Assembly (NCBI GenBank): GCA_973851085.1
Contig: OZ316775.1
Location: 20,894,001 to 20,958,000, forward strand
Direction: 5' to 3'
Source of the DNA: Ptychomitrium polyphyllum
Taxonomy: Eukaryota
DNA: 64,000 nt
Part shown: in pieces, positions 36,254 through 50,295 of the stretch
Layout of the letters: every line of letters starts with the position of its first letter
Numbering within the stretch: position 1 is the first letter of the stretch
Translations under genes and position numbers: made by a program
Notes under the pieces: model-generated
The model's database searches: none
Told to the model about the DNA's origin: nothing
The model's input: the letters and a program-made list of their open reading frames with translations, nothing else

Positions 36254-39200
36254 ACTTGAAGTCTCGGCGAAGAAGTAGAATTAGCCACTCTTTACATAGA
36301 ATCCTGGAGTTCTCAAGAAGTCAAACCCAGCCGTTTTAGTTACAACAGCACAAGACGGTGACCGGTCGGCTATGGCACGTCACTTATTATGTGGGTTCAG
36401 GGGTGACGTCCTATATTTTCATTTGGTTTTGGGTTCACTACAGCGATTCCGTGTTCACGACAACAATGCAACTGGATGCTTACAACAAGGTTCATGGTTG
36501 AATCTAGAGTGTACAACGATGAATCCACTAGACGCTCACGCTAACAAACTAACTGGGAACTCGCTCACAACAATAAGGTGACCGGACGCTCAAAACAATA
36601 ATGTAACTAGCTAACTCGCAACGCCTAAGAATCAACCGAGCGCTGACCACAATGACCAACGTCCGAGCGCATGCGACAACATCGAATGCCTAAAATCAAC
36701 TGGGTGCGCGCTAGTTCACATTAGTGAGTCAGCCAGGCACTCAAAACAACGATTGACCTGGGTGATTGGCGATCGCGTATGCTGCATCTGTCAAACAAGC
36801 AATTCATGAACACAGACATCTCGACTTCAAGTATACACTGGTACATGAATAAGTACATGCAAATTATGAATTGCTTATGGACAGCGTAATCTCTCGTCAG
36901 CACAATGAATCCCGCACGTACTACCATGACTGCGCGAACGTCACCCTCGGTGATCTCGGTTAACCTTTTGAGCGCGATTCGCACAGATGACCGTTGTGGT
37001 TTGGCTACTGCATCAGAGAGGGGGTTTGTTACCGTCATTGGAGTGATCGAGCACTTTTGCAAGTCATGGAGTAAATTTGAGGATATTTATAGTCCAGTTG
37101 GCAACATCGCAGCCTGGGAGCAACAACGCACTGCACGGTCCGAATAAACCCGCGGTCTAAGCTTCTAATGAATTAGTGCACACATGACTTGACGAAGTGG
37201 ATGGACAACCAACAGGTTCCATTTTAAAAGGTGGTGAAATTACTGGGCCTACCCCAAATACCGAATTGCTGCCCACGGATAAATGTGGATCGATCTTGAG
37301 ACAACATCTCTTAATTACAATGTATAGCATGGCAGCCACAGCTCAGCCATGACATATCGTGCGCCACTCGATAGTAAAAGAGTACGTCAGATGCAAGATA
37401 TTATCTTCTGCTATCAGAAGCAATGGACTCGAAAATGATCGCAGTTTTAGTGAACGTTTGCTCACTGACGAAAAACATAGAAATAGAAGTTAGTTATATA
37501 ACCTTCACTTTCATGCGTCTGAGATTATTTCGCGTGATTCTTGCTGCAAATCGAGCCTCGTTTAAATTTTCCCTGACAACATTAGGTCACCTGCCCTAAA
37601 TTTTGTTGAGCTCGCTTCCTGGATATGTTTTTCGCATGCCATTTACCAATGCTACGATTCCGTCTTCTTCCTTTCTGTCACTGGCTGGTCGAAGTCACGG
37701 TAAGCTCGATCAACTGCAATGACGGTTTCGAAGAGATGAAAAAGGAAGGGGAAAGGGAACAGATCCATGGTAGCACTCGGGTGCGACACGGTGGCTTGGA
37801 GTTTTGTCAATGAGATCAAGAAGAGATATAAGTACTCAGAAAAGACGACGCAGCCCACGTCGCTACTATACAGGCATCCTCAAAACCTACAGGATTCACT
37901 CGCAATGCAGCGATCGACCTCCATCTACTCAATCAAAGGCGTCCGACCGGTCACCGTCTTGTGCTGTTGTAACTAAAACGGCTGGGTNNNNNNNNNNNNN
38001 NNNNNNNNNNNNNNNNNNNNNNNNNNNNNNNNNNNNNNNNNNNNNNNNNNNNNNNNNNNNNNNNNNNNNNNNNNNNNNNNNNNNNNNTGCTTGCCTCGAC
38101 CTCTGCTCTTCCATACTTGAAGTCTCGGCGAAGAAGTAGAATTAGCCACTCTTTACATAGAATCCTGGAGTTCTCAAGAAGTCAAACCCAGCCGTTTTAG
38201 TTACAACAGCACAAGACGGTGACCGGTCGGCTATGGCACGTCACTTATTATGTGGGTTCAGGGGTGACGTCCTATATTTTCATTTGGTTTTGGGTTCACT
38301 ACAGCGATTCCGTGTTCACGACAACAATGCAACTGGATGCTTACAACAAGGTTCATGGTTGAATCTAGAGTGTACAACGATGAATCCACTAGACGCTCAC
38401 GCTAACAAACTAACTGGGAACTCGCTCACAACAATAAGGTGACCGGACGCTCAAAACAATAATGTAACTAGCTAACTCGCAACGCCTAAGAATCAACCGA
38501 GCGCTGACCACAATGACCAACGTCCGAGCGCATGCGACAACATCGAATGCCTAAAATCAACTGGGTGCGCGCTAGTTCACATTAGTGAGTCAGCCAGGCA
38601 CTCAAAACAACGATTGACCTGGGTGATTGGCGATCGCGTATGCTGCATCTGTCAAACAAGCAATTCATGAACACAGACATCTCGACTTCAAGTATACACT
38701 GGTACATGAATAAGTACATGCAAATTATGAATTGCTTATGGACAGCGTAATCTCTCGTCAGCACAATGAATCCCGCACGTACTACCATGACTGCGCGAAC
38801 GTCACCCTCGGTGATCTCGGTTAACCTTTTGAGCGCGATTCGCACAGATGACCGTTGTGGTTTGGCTACTGCATCAGAGAGGGGGTTTGTTACCGTCATT
38901 GGAGTGATCGAGCACTTTTGCAAGTCATGGAGTAAATTTGAGGATATTTATAGTCCAGTTGGCAACATCGCAGCCTGGGAGCAACAACGCACTGCACGGT
39001 CCGAATAAACCCGCGGTCTAAGCTTCTAATGAATTAGTGCACACATGACTTGACGAAGTGGATGGACAACCAACAGGTTCCATTTTAAAAGGTGGTGAAA
39101 TTACTGGGCCTACCCCAAATACCGAATTGCTGCCCACGGATAAATGTGGATCGATCTTGAGACAACATCTCTTAATTACAATGTATAGCATGGCAGCCAC

Positions 39201-39848
39201 AGCTCAGCCATGACATATCGTGCGCCACTCGATAGTAAAAGAGTACGTCAGATGCAAGATATTATCTTCTGCTATCAGAAGCAATGGACTCGAAAATGAT
39301 CGCAGTTTTAGTGAACGTTTGCTCACTGACGAAAAACATAGAAATAGAAGTTAGTTATATAACCTTCACTTTCATGCGTCTGAGATTATTTCGCGTGATT
39401 CTTGCTGCAAATCGAGCCTCGTTTAAATTTTCCCTGACAACATTAGGTCACCTGCCCTAAATTTTGTTGAGCTCGCTTCCTGGATATGTTTTTCGCATGC
39501 CATTTACCAATGCTACGATTCCGTCTTCTTCCTTTCTGTCACTGGCTGGTCGAAGTCACGGTAAGCTCGATCAACTGCAATGACGGTTTCGAAGAGATGA
39601 AAAAGGAAGGGGAAAGGGAACAGATCCATGGTAGCACTCGGGTGCGACACGGTGGCTTGGAGTTTTGTCAATGAGATCAAGAAGAGATATAAGTACTCAG
39701 AAAAGACGACGCAGCCCACGTCGCTACTATACAGGCATCCTCAAAACCTACAGGATTCACTCGCAATGCAGCGATCGACCTCCATCTACTCAATCAAAGG
39801 CGTCCGACCGGTCACCGTCTTGTGCTGTTGTAACTAAAACGGCTGGGT
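36227..39848. other. Direct repeat (period 1861) flanking a 100-N gap (37988-38087); probable unmerged contig overlap
   Basis: 36227-37987 recurs as 38088-39848. The copies end and start exactly at the gap edges, and the gap has a round placeholder length of 100. Confidence 0.85.
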
Positions 39849-39919
39849 TTGACTTCTTGAGAACTCCAGGATTCTATGTAAAGAGTGGCTAATTCTACTT
39901 CTTCGCCGAGACTTCAAGT

Positions 39920-40702
39920 ATGGAAGAGCAGAGGTCGAGGCAAGCAGATTTCATACGCTTTTGGTGGGATCGAGGGATCCATCAGTTGATATGTCACGTC
40001 CCTCGAGTGTCTCCTGTATTTATCGATGCCCTTGCCTCGGTTCCCCAGTTTCGGAGCGCGGTACGCACAATAATTCGCGTGTTCGAGCGACAAACAACCC
40101 GTATGCTCACCGATGGAGGCCTGTTGCACGTACACCCTAGTGTACGACGGCGTGAATTTCTCCTGAGGGCTTTGTCCTTCGCAGTCATCGCGACGATGAT
40201 GCGGACCCGTTATGGTGTGAGAAACGATATGGAGTTTCGCTTGAGATTCCGTTATCGGGAGTCCCGTCCGATGCGGGTGCGAGTCGAGGGACAATCGAGG
40301 CTGATGACGAAAAGAGAAGCGTACGAATCTTTTATGCAGTGTACACGGGTGCGTGATCGTGATGGTGTGGCGCGGAGATCTGATGTGATCGTCGACTCCC
40401 TTCAGTATGGGCATTATGTTAGCTCGTGGGTGGCGACGGATCCCAATCACCAGGACGACGTCCGAGAACATGAGATTATTTCCGGGAGGATAGATTGGAC
40501 CCCGGACAGCTCTAAAGGCTCCGTTACTTCAGATAGCGGAGGTTGGATCGCATCTTTACTTGATGGCATTGATGAGGACTCAATTTCATGTGACAGTGAC
40601 GAGGACTCAATTTCATGTGACTGTGAGGAGGACTCAATTTCATGTGACTGTGATGAGGACTTAACTCCATGTGACACTGATGAGAACTCGACTTCAGCCT
40701 AG
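39920..40702 (+). CDS. Orphan 260-aa ORF, copy 2
   Basis: Translation identical to 35471-36253. Confidence 0.55.
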   Translation: MEEQRSRQADFIRFWWDRGIHQLICHVPRVSPVFIDALASVPQFRSAVRTIIRVFERQTTRMLTDGGLLHVHPSVRRREFLLRALSFAVIATMMRTRYGVRNDMEFRLRFRYRESRPMRVRVEGQSRLMTKREAYESFMQCTRVRDRDGVARRSDVIVDSLQYGHYVSSWVATDPNHQDDVREHEIISGRIDWTPDSSKGSVTSDSGGWIASLLDGIDEDSISCDSDEDSISCDCEEDSISCDCDEDLTPCDTDENSTSA

Positions 40703-42833
40703 CCGACTCTAAGTGCAGCTAGAATCTTGTCTTTGTACGGCAGGAAATGCTTTGTATTTCATTCCCTAATGCGTCGTGGGTTGAGCAGCAACGATAGAGT
40801 GAGCTACTAGGTGGGTGCCTGTCGCAAGGTGCTCGAGACTGGATACTTCGGAGCATGGAATTGGAAATGAGGAACATTCGGCACTTCGCGGTCACACAGA
40901 AGTGGCTTTGTGTCTTCACTATTGGTAGACTTAGGCGCATAGGAATTTAGAGGCAAATGTGAAGGTTAATTTGTAAACGCTTCAGTGAACCGATTTGTAG
41001 CAAGCCACAGCTTGTCTATTTGGTCCAAAATAAATACAGTGATCATTCATGGAAATAACTGTAGACCTGTAAATTCACGTAGTTGTGTACTTCACGCTCG
41101 TTGGCACGTCCAGGCTCATCAAAGTCCTCAAATAGGGCCAGAGAGGATGTATTCGATGATATCTTATCTAGGACCATCTTAAGATGGACGTATACTTATT
41201 GTTTATGGATACATTGCTGCTACTAGTACTGCGAGTGGCGAAACGGTTGCGGGTGTGTAGCAAGCGCTGAGCAGGCAGCAAGCAAAAGAACGACACTAGC
41301 ATGGCTGCCCAGGCCTTCGATACTGGGCGATAAAAATAGACGCATTTATCCTATCTAGCGACTCAGCACGCATTCTAAGCAAAAGTCTGTTTGAAATACG
41401 ATAAACACAGTGCAGAGTATCTACCAGAAGCAATTAGTTGCTCCATTCTCTCTTCACCAAACCACGGCATTCTGATTTCCATAAACGAGATCATGGCCAC
41501 TGTTATCATTCTGAGAGAAATTCGCAGTCAAGCAAACACGCACCAGGCCACGTAAGGAGGAAGCTCGACAATGCCCTTCAAAGGAGTCACATTCCAGTCA
41601 GTAGGACAACCACGTAGTCCAAACCAAAACATATTTGGGGGTAAACGTGCGACCACAGCTCCAAGAAATATTTTACCAACTCCAAAAGCAACTGATTCTT
41701 AAACGAACTGCATCACAACAAATGACAACAAATTCGAAAACACAATTGCTTCTGTGCCAAAATCGAACCAAGCAATTGCTACTTCCCAACAAGCATACCA
41801 AGGCTACAGAACCAGCTAACAGCAGACAAACGGCAAAAGAACAAACAACTGCGTTAAATTAGATTGACCTGCGTGCCTTCCGATAGTCGAACAACATCGA
41901 AAAGCATTCACTAAAACACCGACGCTTCGTGACACGAAGATGCAAAAACACGACACCACAGCCAGTCGAGACTACCATGACCGATGCATGACATTCCAAG
42001 GACTCCAATCTCGACTCACATTCGACAACCAGGTCGTGCCTCCTGTGTTGGGATCCTGCCCCGGAGGGACAGGTCCATCCAGGTGCCACTTGCGCGACCT
42101 CACCACCCCACGGCACCCGCTTCGCGACTTCATTAGCCACACCCAACTGCCTCCACCCCTAAAATCCATGCCCACCTCCTACTCATGCAAATCCGATCCC
42201 ACCGACGACCAATCCCATCCTCCCGCCGCCATGCCACCCAAATACATAAAATCATGTATGCCATCTTTACAAAACAACAGCACGTTATAACTTGTACATT
42301 CCTCCTGTCTCACTGTCATCGTGACCTCGGCCTACGGCGCCGGCGGACCGCCCCCGCTCTTCTGCCTGCACACTATGCCACCTGCCAATCCGTTCCTGTG
42401 GCTTCGTCCCACTCGGGTGCACGTTCTGAAAGAGACAGGGGACACCTATTCTGCACATGGCCGGAACCCTCTACCCACCGTTTCGGGTCCCCCGGACTTA
42501 TAATTACCCTACTCTCGACGGCGCAGAGCAGGCCCGCCGCTCACAGACCATGCTGCGCCCCCGGGACCGCGCTCCAGGTGCCGCAATACACGTGCGCGTC
42601 GCTGCCGCCCGCGGCCAGCCATACCACCACCCACTCTCGACCATGCTCTCCCGCGACGCCTCCAAAATGTTCCTGTCATGCATGCACCATAGCCGACTCA
42701 GTGACACCCACCGCACCGCCTCCCGCCGACGCACCACAACAGCGACGGAGCTCAGCTCCGGGGCAATGCGGAGCATGGAACGTGCACGTACCGAATCCTC
42801 GCTCAATGCGAGCAGCCCCTCCGCTCCGCTCCC

Positions 42834-43484
42834 TCACTCGTCGTCGCTGTCGTCGTCCTCGTCCACATCGCCGCTGCCAAAGTCATAGTTCACGGGCTGC
42901 GCCGTGCGCCGCCGGGTCCGCGACGGCAGAATGTTGTCCGGATTCACCTCGTCCAGCGGATCCTCCGACAGGTCGCTATCGTCGTCCTCCGCGCCGTTCT
43001 CCGCGCCGCTGTCGCTCTCGTCGTCCGCCTTCTTCTTCCCCTTGCCCTTCACGTCCTTCTCCTTCGCCGCCGGCGCCACGGCCTTGCCCTTCTTCGCCGA
43101 CGGGGGCCTCGCTGCGGGCTTCGCAGCGGGCCGCTTCGCCGACTTCTTCGGCGCGTCCGACCCGTCGTCCGACTCCTCGTCGCCCACATCGTCCCCCTCC
43201 GACTCCCCGGACACGTCCTCCTCCTCCGACGTCTCCGAGTCGCTGTCCCACTTCGCCGACTTCTTCTTCGCGGCGGGCCTCGCCTTCGCCTTCGCCGTCT
43301 CCTTGCCCTTGCTCACCGGCGAGCCCCTCGCCCCCTTCCCGCCGCCCGCCGTCTTCACGTCCTTCCTGCCGGTCACCGCGCCCACGGCCGCGGCCTCCTT
43401 CGGCTTCTTCCGGCCCCCGGCCTCATTGTCCGCCTTGCGCTTCGCCGCCAGCGCCTGCAGCATTTTGCGCTTGTCCTCCGGCAT
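42834..43484 (-). CDS. CHZ-domain histone chaperone-like protein, copy 2
   Basis: Translation identical to 32689-33339. Confidence 0.8.
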   Translation of the reverse strand: MPEDKRKMLQALAAKRKADNEAGGRKKPKEAAAVGAVTGRKDVKTAGGGKGARGSPVSKGKETAKAKARPAAKKKSAKWDSDSETSEEEDVSGESEGDDVGDEESDDGSDAPKKSAKRPAAKPAARPPSAKKGKAVAPAAKEKDVKGKGKKKADDESDSGAENGAEDDDSDLSEDPLDEVNPDNILPSRTRRRTAQPVNYDFGSGDVDEDDDSDDE

Positions 43485-46400
43485 GGCTGCCGATCTCGGA
43501 AACACAACCGCAGCGCAACGGGGTCCCCTCCCCTCCCCCGGGACCGCGCAAGAGCCTGGGAGGAGGAAGAGCAGCGGTGGACGGAGCGTGCGCGCGCCCA
43601 CTCTCGGCCCGTCGCCCTCGAACGCAGTGGCGCCTCCAAACCCCAGCCCTAAACCCTGCTCCCCAGCGCTGCGACGCCACAGCCCTCAGCCCCGAGCTCA
43701 CAGCAGCTCTCCTCCGCCTCCCGGACGAGCCCCAGGGCGGGAACCCTGCCCCCCTCTGCCCCGGTTCCTCCCGCGCGGTTCCTCGTTGCGCTCCCGCGCG
43801 CGCGCCCCGTTGGGCACCCCGCACCACGCTGGGTGTCATTGCGCTGCCGCGCGGTCGGGCGCGCGGTTTTGGGGTCGGAGTTGGACGGATGATGGAGAGT
43901 AGAAGGAGCCTTCGAAGGCAGCGCCTGGGCAGCTGCTTTTGGTCGGAAGCAGACGACTCACAGCAGTGCGCTTCTTTACTGTTCGTTGGATTGTGTATGA
44001 ACGATTCGTAAGGTGAATCTTTGTTCGTGGTGTCCTGATGACCTGTTGTTGGTTGTTGTGGTTTTTCCCTCTTGAAACGTTTGTGGATTCAGTTCGATGG
44101 TTTTTGAGAATTTATACATGTGTATGATTGCTTTGAATTGAGCGATGTCTGACTGGAGCGGAGTCACCGGAGATGAGCTAGGATTTGAATTTTTTGTGGT
44201 AGTCCAGTTTTTTATGATCGTTTAGTGTCGGAGGCAGCTGGTGCCCGGGAATATGGGCACGGCAACGTCGGCATTCGGGGTTGATCCACCTTCGTCGTTT
44301 CTATCGTAAGCTGTTGCAGTTGAAAGTTTTTTATAAGCTCTTGAACACGTGATCACTATGGCGCGCATACTCTAACATGCTTGGATCTGCTTCCAAAGTG
44401 GGGCAGTGCAATCTGCTCTTGCGAATGACGTTTTACAACTACGTTTTAGGTTTTTTTGCTTTGAAGTTGAACGGAAGGCAAGAGATCGAAATTGGTAACT
44501 TTCTGTAAAGATGTGATTATTGTGACTTGTTGTCAGCTCTCATTTTGAGTGTTGTATGGGCAGTTCTCATTATGCAAAAACATGCCAAGTACTGGCTATT
44601 TCTTTCTCAGCGAAGGAAGTGTCTACCTGCGCCGGTATGTCTATTGATTTGAAGAATGATAGACACCGAAGGCGCACTTCAAGTGCAAATGACATTTTCA
44701 TTTCAACTTCTGATCTACTTTTAAATGCATTGACACAATCAGTTGTATCCCGTTGAGTAGCCAATGTGCCAAGTTTTCCTAGGACGAATTTCAAGTTACT
44801 GGTAACTGAGATTTATATCCAATCGCCAGGAGGAATATCGAAGCAGAACTTAGGGATAATAAATTTTGGCTCATAATATGTCATCTCCAGAGGTTTACCC
44901 ATGCAAGGTGAGGGTTTTCAGGGAGATTGGTTCGATGTGTCCGACAAGGCACTTGAAGGTTTGACATCCTACTGTCGGTATCACTTCATCTGCAATTCAA
45001 AATTCGTATAGTAGTTGAACTATATTCGACTCACAGATGTCTGGGAGTAATAGGGGAGATCCTCCGAAGGGTTGGGCATCACGGGCATTCAAGTTTGTGC
45101 AGACAGGATGGGCATGGCGATCGAGGCATGATTCATGAGCGGGAGAGAGTTTCGGTCTTGGGAGGCTTAGGTTAGCTTTGAATCAAGAGGTTCAGCTTAG
45201 TTTAATGTTTGAGTTGATTGAGGATGGCGGGTAGAGTCAACAGCTCGAGGATGAGGGACGAGTGAGCATCGATGGCCACGCCAGTAGAGCCGAAGCCGTG
45301 GAGGGCAGTGTACAAGAAGGCAACTGAATGCATCCAGTGCAGCACTTGCCGCTCCCACATAGCATAAGACTCGTTTGTTCTCATCAATGTTTTGCTTGCA
45401 ATCAGAACTAGCTACAAGCTTGTCTGTAAGTCCTCACTCTAATTCTTGTCAACCAGTAGGCTTGTACTTTGAATAATTCATTTTATATTTTGCTTTTTCA
45501 TCACGGTATAAATTTGAAGACAACGTTAGGGTTGCCATTGTGCTTTCAATGATTCCCAGTTCTTAGCGTCTAGTCGCTGGTGGCGGTTGGCTGAGTTGGC
45601 ATCACGCGACTTGCATTTTGCCAGTTAAGAAAAAGATTCGTGAAAACAAACATGGCAGGGTTGTAGTTCTGGATATCAGAAAATTTGTGAGAATATACTT
45701 TTTTAAGACGACCATTCTGTGCAATGCGCAGTTCGAGTCTAGGTGACAATGAGGCCGATTTTGCAAATTTTGCTAAGATATGGAGTTGTCCTCTGCAATG
45801 ATAACAAGCGTCTTGGCAAATGGAATAGTTCGAAGGGCGGAGAATCTGTTGTGGAGGAATAGAGACACGCTTCGCAAATACATTCAAGAGGAGGACGTAG
45901 TTGGAGAACATGAAGTTGTTAAAGCAAAGAATTTTCGATTAGCTTGCGAATGTACTAAGAAAAGGTTTGACAAGGGCCACATATGGAATCCACCCTATGC
46001 TTGTTGTCATTGAATTGATTTGCACTCTCCTTGCTTGTTGGAGCGTCTGATGCTGTTGGAGATGGACAATCTCAGCTCAGCTTGCATCAAAAATGGCATC
46101 ATTTCAGTTGTTTCTTTGACAAGTATCAGGAAGCAGATCTGCCTGGATATACCCGCCCTCTTCCATCAGAAGCTCATGCACCAGTCCGAGCACCATCCAG
46201 TTCATCAGTGCGGGTCTTAGCTCTTGGTAAGTGATTCACCTTCCCTCTAGGATACCAGTTCTTGTACTCAAGTTTCCTAGAGTTTCTTGGAAGAATTTTT
46301 CGAACATCTTGTACTTAAATGCTACAGCCAGGTTCACACACTCAACGTCCCCCCGTCCTCTCGCAGTCTCACTCAACGTCTTCTCATTGTCCTTTGTGGT

Positions 46401-49400
46401 TTTACAAGTTCTGTTCCCTCTGTTCTAGGGACAGGCTCCTTGTTACAAGTAGTGGGGCACTCCACATCCCGTTTTGCACAAGCCTCTTTACGTTGTTTGT
46501 ACAGCCTTTGACTTGCTTGAAGCTGGTCCTGGAAAGAGTCAGGTACTGTAAGTTAAGAGGTCCTGTACTCCATGCTTTTTGCACATCCCTTCTATCCTTT
46601 CTGCTGTACTTTGCATCCATTTCCTCATCCAACCTGGTGGTTCTCAGTTTTCTCCTAGTTCAACCATTTTGCCATTTTGCCATTTTGCCTTGCTTTTCCA
46701 GGCAGCCAGGGAAATGCAGCCTTTGCTATGGGGAAAGGTGTTCCCAGAACGATTTCAAAGAAAAAGAAGTCTGACGCACCAGGAAATCAGGCCAGTGTGG
46801 TGACTGATCCGTTGTACGAGTTTTAGCAGCAAACAAAGGACTTCTTGGAACTCAGAAATGAATTGCAAGAGCACGTAGCCTAGAAGATCTGAAGTACATG
46901 CTTTGAGCTAAGGACCAGGACATGTCTTCTTCATGTTTGAATTTAGTAATTAACAAGCAATTCTATTCTATACTATTACACTAGACTACTCCAGAACATA
47001 CTTCGATATTACAAGGTTGGTTACAAAGTTCACAACATTCTTTTTGTAAGAAGGTGTAACCGTTATCAACTGTGAAAAAGACTTTCAATGAATCTAAAGA
47101 TTTTTACGAATATTGGATTGCAAAATTTTAGGTGCTCAACATTTAAAACTATTACCCATTGTGATTGGAGAAGGTCGTCTTTATAAAGATTTAGGATTTT
47201 AAATTCATTCAAAAAAAATTTATTTAGTGAATATGAATTATGGATTGTCAATCCTACCAAAACACAAATTCAAAAACCTAAAATTATCAATTATTTCATA
47301 TCCACAATACATAGTGATCTAAAGATCTTTTTCATTGTATCTATGTGATTCCATGCAAGGAAGATGGTGCAATTTCTAATTCCACTCAATTGTTCATATA
47401 TAATGATTTACTAATTAAGCCTCTCAATATTAATTTAAGCCAATTTGATTCATATGGCTTGTAATACCTAGCAATATAATTATTAAAACTTTATGAATTT
47501 TTTCCAATATTTAATTTTTTCATATCAATTTTTTCCTTTTTAATAATTTTCGTTTTCTTTTTAGAAGAGTTTTATTTGCTAATTGATTGGCCATATTCTT
47601 TTTCATTATTATTCTCTCTTGGAATATTTTACATCATCTTTTTTTCTCAATAGATCTACCAACCTACTCAACATTTGCAAATTATTCATTTGCCTTCTTT
47701 TCATGATTACTTTAAATTGTTTCACTTTTTTCCACAACAAATTCTTTCTTTATCTCATCCAATTACATTCACCTTAATTACTTTGCATATCAACTAATTA
47801 TTTTTATAGGATTTTATATTATCTTATTGATCTCTATACCAATTCATATTGTCATCATAATCTCCATAACGTATGGTTATTTATACTACAGTGACATCCT
47901 CCTGTATAATAAATTTCTTTTCTCTATGTTGATTTTCAATTTTGTGTCATTTTAAAATTAATTGTGTCATAATAATATCTTATATCATTTAGCATTCCAT
48001 TATATAATCTGATGGTTAATTAATTATAGTTACATATAACACTTAATGTTTACTCAATTGATGCAATATTATTGTAACTTTAAAACATTACAATGCATGA
48101 GCACCATTAAAGTTCTACTACAGACTGGAGCATACATAAATAAATCTATATGCTATCAAAACAATAAAAAAATTATAGTAAATAAATAATTAAAACTATT
48201 CTCACCAATTGGAAAGGAAATCTTACCACATGCAAAGAAAACTAAGAAATGCCCTTATCCCAATTCATTTTTAAATTTCAATTGACGGTTGAGCAGTTGA
48301 AGTGCTGCCCACCCTCAACTCTCACTATGTATCCATTCATATCCAATTATTAATTAATAGTTTCATAGTTTCAGGTTGAGGTAGTCATTTTATACTAATT
48401 ACAAGCAAAGATGGTCAATTGTTTTAACTATAAAATCAAACAGGTTCACACGTATTTATGTTTTGAAAAGCGTTAAATGATACACGCTGACCAACATGTA
48501 ATCTCATTCATTAGTGCGGATGGGATGATGTTTGGGCTTTGTCAAGGTGTTTACCATGTTCTGGCCACACAGTGTTTCAGCTTGGATCATACAGGTATCA
48601 AGGTCAAGGATTGTATTGAAAAGATTACTTTAGGACCAGAACATGTGGACGACAAGTTACGGCTGTGGTCCCTCGGAAAGGCCCAGTGGAATAGTTGTCT
48701 ACTGCAGGTAGGTGCACTGCTGTCTAGGTTGCATATTTTGGAAAGTTAAGCTTGGCTGCACAGAAGCTGGGTAGATCAAATGTTATATATGCAATGCTCA
48801 TGTGGTGTACAATTGAATTGTCGCAGTACACGATGAGAATTGCTGGTGACAGCTTTCTGGTTGGATGTAAGTGGCGTCATAATCAAAGTTTGAAGAATAC
48901 CTTGAGAGATTCAAGGCTGCTTGTGTCAGAATCCCCTGCCAGTACCATATGTGTTGCATATTATGGAGGAGGTTCTGTACTCTCTGATTGCATGTTTGTC
49001 GCTATCGGGAAGTTACCAGTGACATAGGTCAGTGAAGGGATCTAAGCTTGGGTACAAAATGATTACACCAAGTATCTGGTGACACATTACCACAAGCCTA
49101 GTATGATCCATTTTCGTGATTGATTCTATTTTGACTGAAAATAATCACCAACTTCATTTGATACTGTAGGCAATGTTAAAGCAATTGGTCGAGGCAGCCA
49201 GCGGGACTCTTCCAGGTGGGACAAGTTGCATCCCAGCGTATAAATCTTACTCTGGGAGTTCATCTAGGGCAATTTTTACTATGGGAAAGCGCTCTAGAAT
49301 GAGCAGCTTTGTGAGTACATAGATTTATGGCGATAAGCCCTTCATGCCGTGCAAGTTGAATTGAGATCCACTTCTGCCCTTTAAGCCAAGGAGACGTTAG

Positions 49401-50295
49401 TAAGGTAATTGCATTGATTTTCTGCCTTGGCCTGTACTTGTTGAGAAATTCACTCAATTCGGTGAGGAGACATTACTGTATGTATCCTCAATAGATGAAT
49501 GAAATAGTGACCCTCACAGCTAGGACCCAGGACTTAGAATAATTGTTCACATCTCAAAATTGTTTTGGAAATCAAAGGCCTACAATTTAAAGATGGGAAA
49601 TTGAGTAACCTCAACAGCAGTAGTGTACATAGCAGCTCCACAGCACACAATCATAGAGTATACACTCACTACAAGTATATAACAATAGTACCATAAGCAA
49701 TACCCTCAGCATAGCTATCTGGATCCTGAATCTCTTTTGGCCTCTCCATGGTCAGACAGAGTCCTATTTCAAGGTGTACACAATTGGGACACAAACAGCT
49801 CATTGAAATGACAAAAGCAGCCTGGCATGCAGTATCCAGAACAGAAATAGATGAATCAGCATTTCAAGGCATACATACAGCCAAACTAATATCAACATTT
49901 CAAATGAGAGTCTTGAATTCACATGAACATTCACAAGAAAGTCGTCTGTTGAAGTTCGTCTCAAAGTAGATGGTTCTACTGAAACATGATCTAGTAAACC
50001 CAGTAAATGCGCATTCGGGTCTTCTCAGATCAGCAGCAAGCTCTAAACGGAACAAGCACCTACATACAACACACAGCTCGAATACGAGCTTACATGCACG
50101 TCTACACTCACCTACGCACCAGCACTACCCATACCTTGCAATCATAAGTTCTTCTGAAACATTTTTAAAAGATAAATGTAAAGGCCATTTGCAGTGACTG
50201 AAATGTGATCTTCTAGTCTTGGAATCTATCTCCCTCTATGCTTCCAACTTCGTACACAAATAATTTTCAAATTTCCTCACTGATTCTCCCCTCCA

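Larger units (their letters stand above)
32305..36369 (+). repeat. Left arm (4065 bp) of a large inverted duplication
   Basis: Position p mirrors 76173-p, and ORF translations lying within the arms are identical. Boundaries read directly: 32305/43868 (outer) and 36369/39804 (inner). Confidence 0.95.
39804..43868 (-). repeat. Right arm (4065 bp) of the inverted duplication
   Basis: Reverse complement of 32305-36369. Confidence 0.95.

Noticed and set aside
36227..39848. 1.86-kb tandem duplication of the palindrome spacer as real biology
   Set aside because: The copies appear identical and break exactly at a 100-N placeholder gap, which is best explained by overlapping contig ends.
44500..46800. 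Short ORFs and possible gene relic right of the palindrome
   Set aside because: Many stops, no recognisable domain and no consistent exon chain.
47000..48480. AT-rich tracts (also ~7770-8330, 10480-11760, 54190-55680) as MITE or Helitron elements
   Set aside because: Possibly old TE debris, but I could not find TIRs, TSDs or coding remnants.
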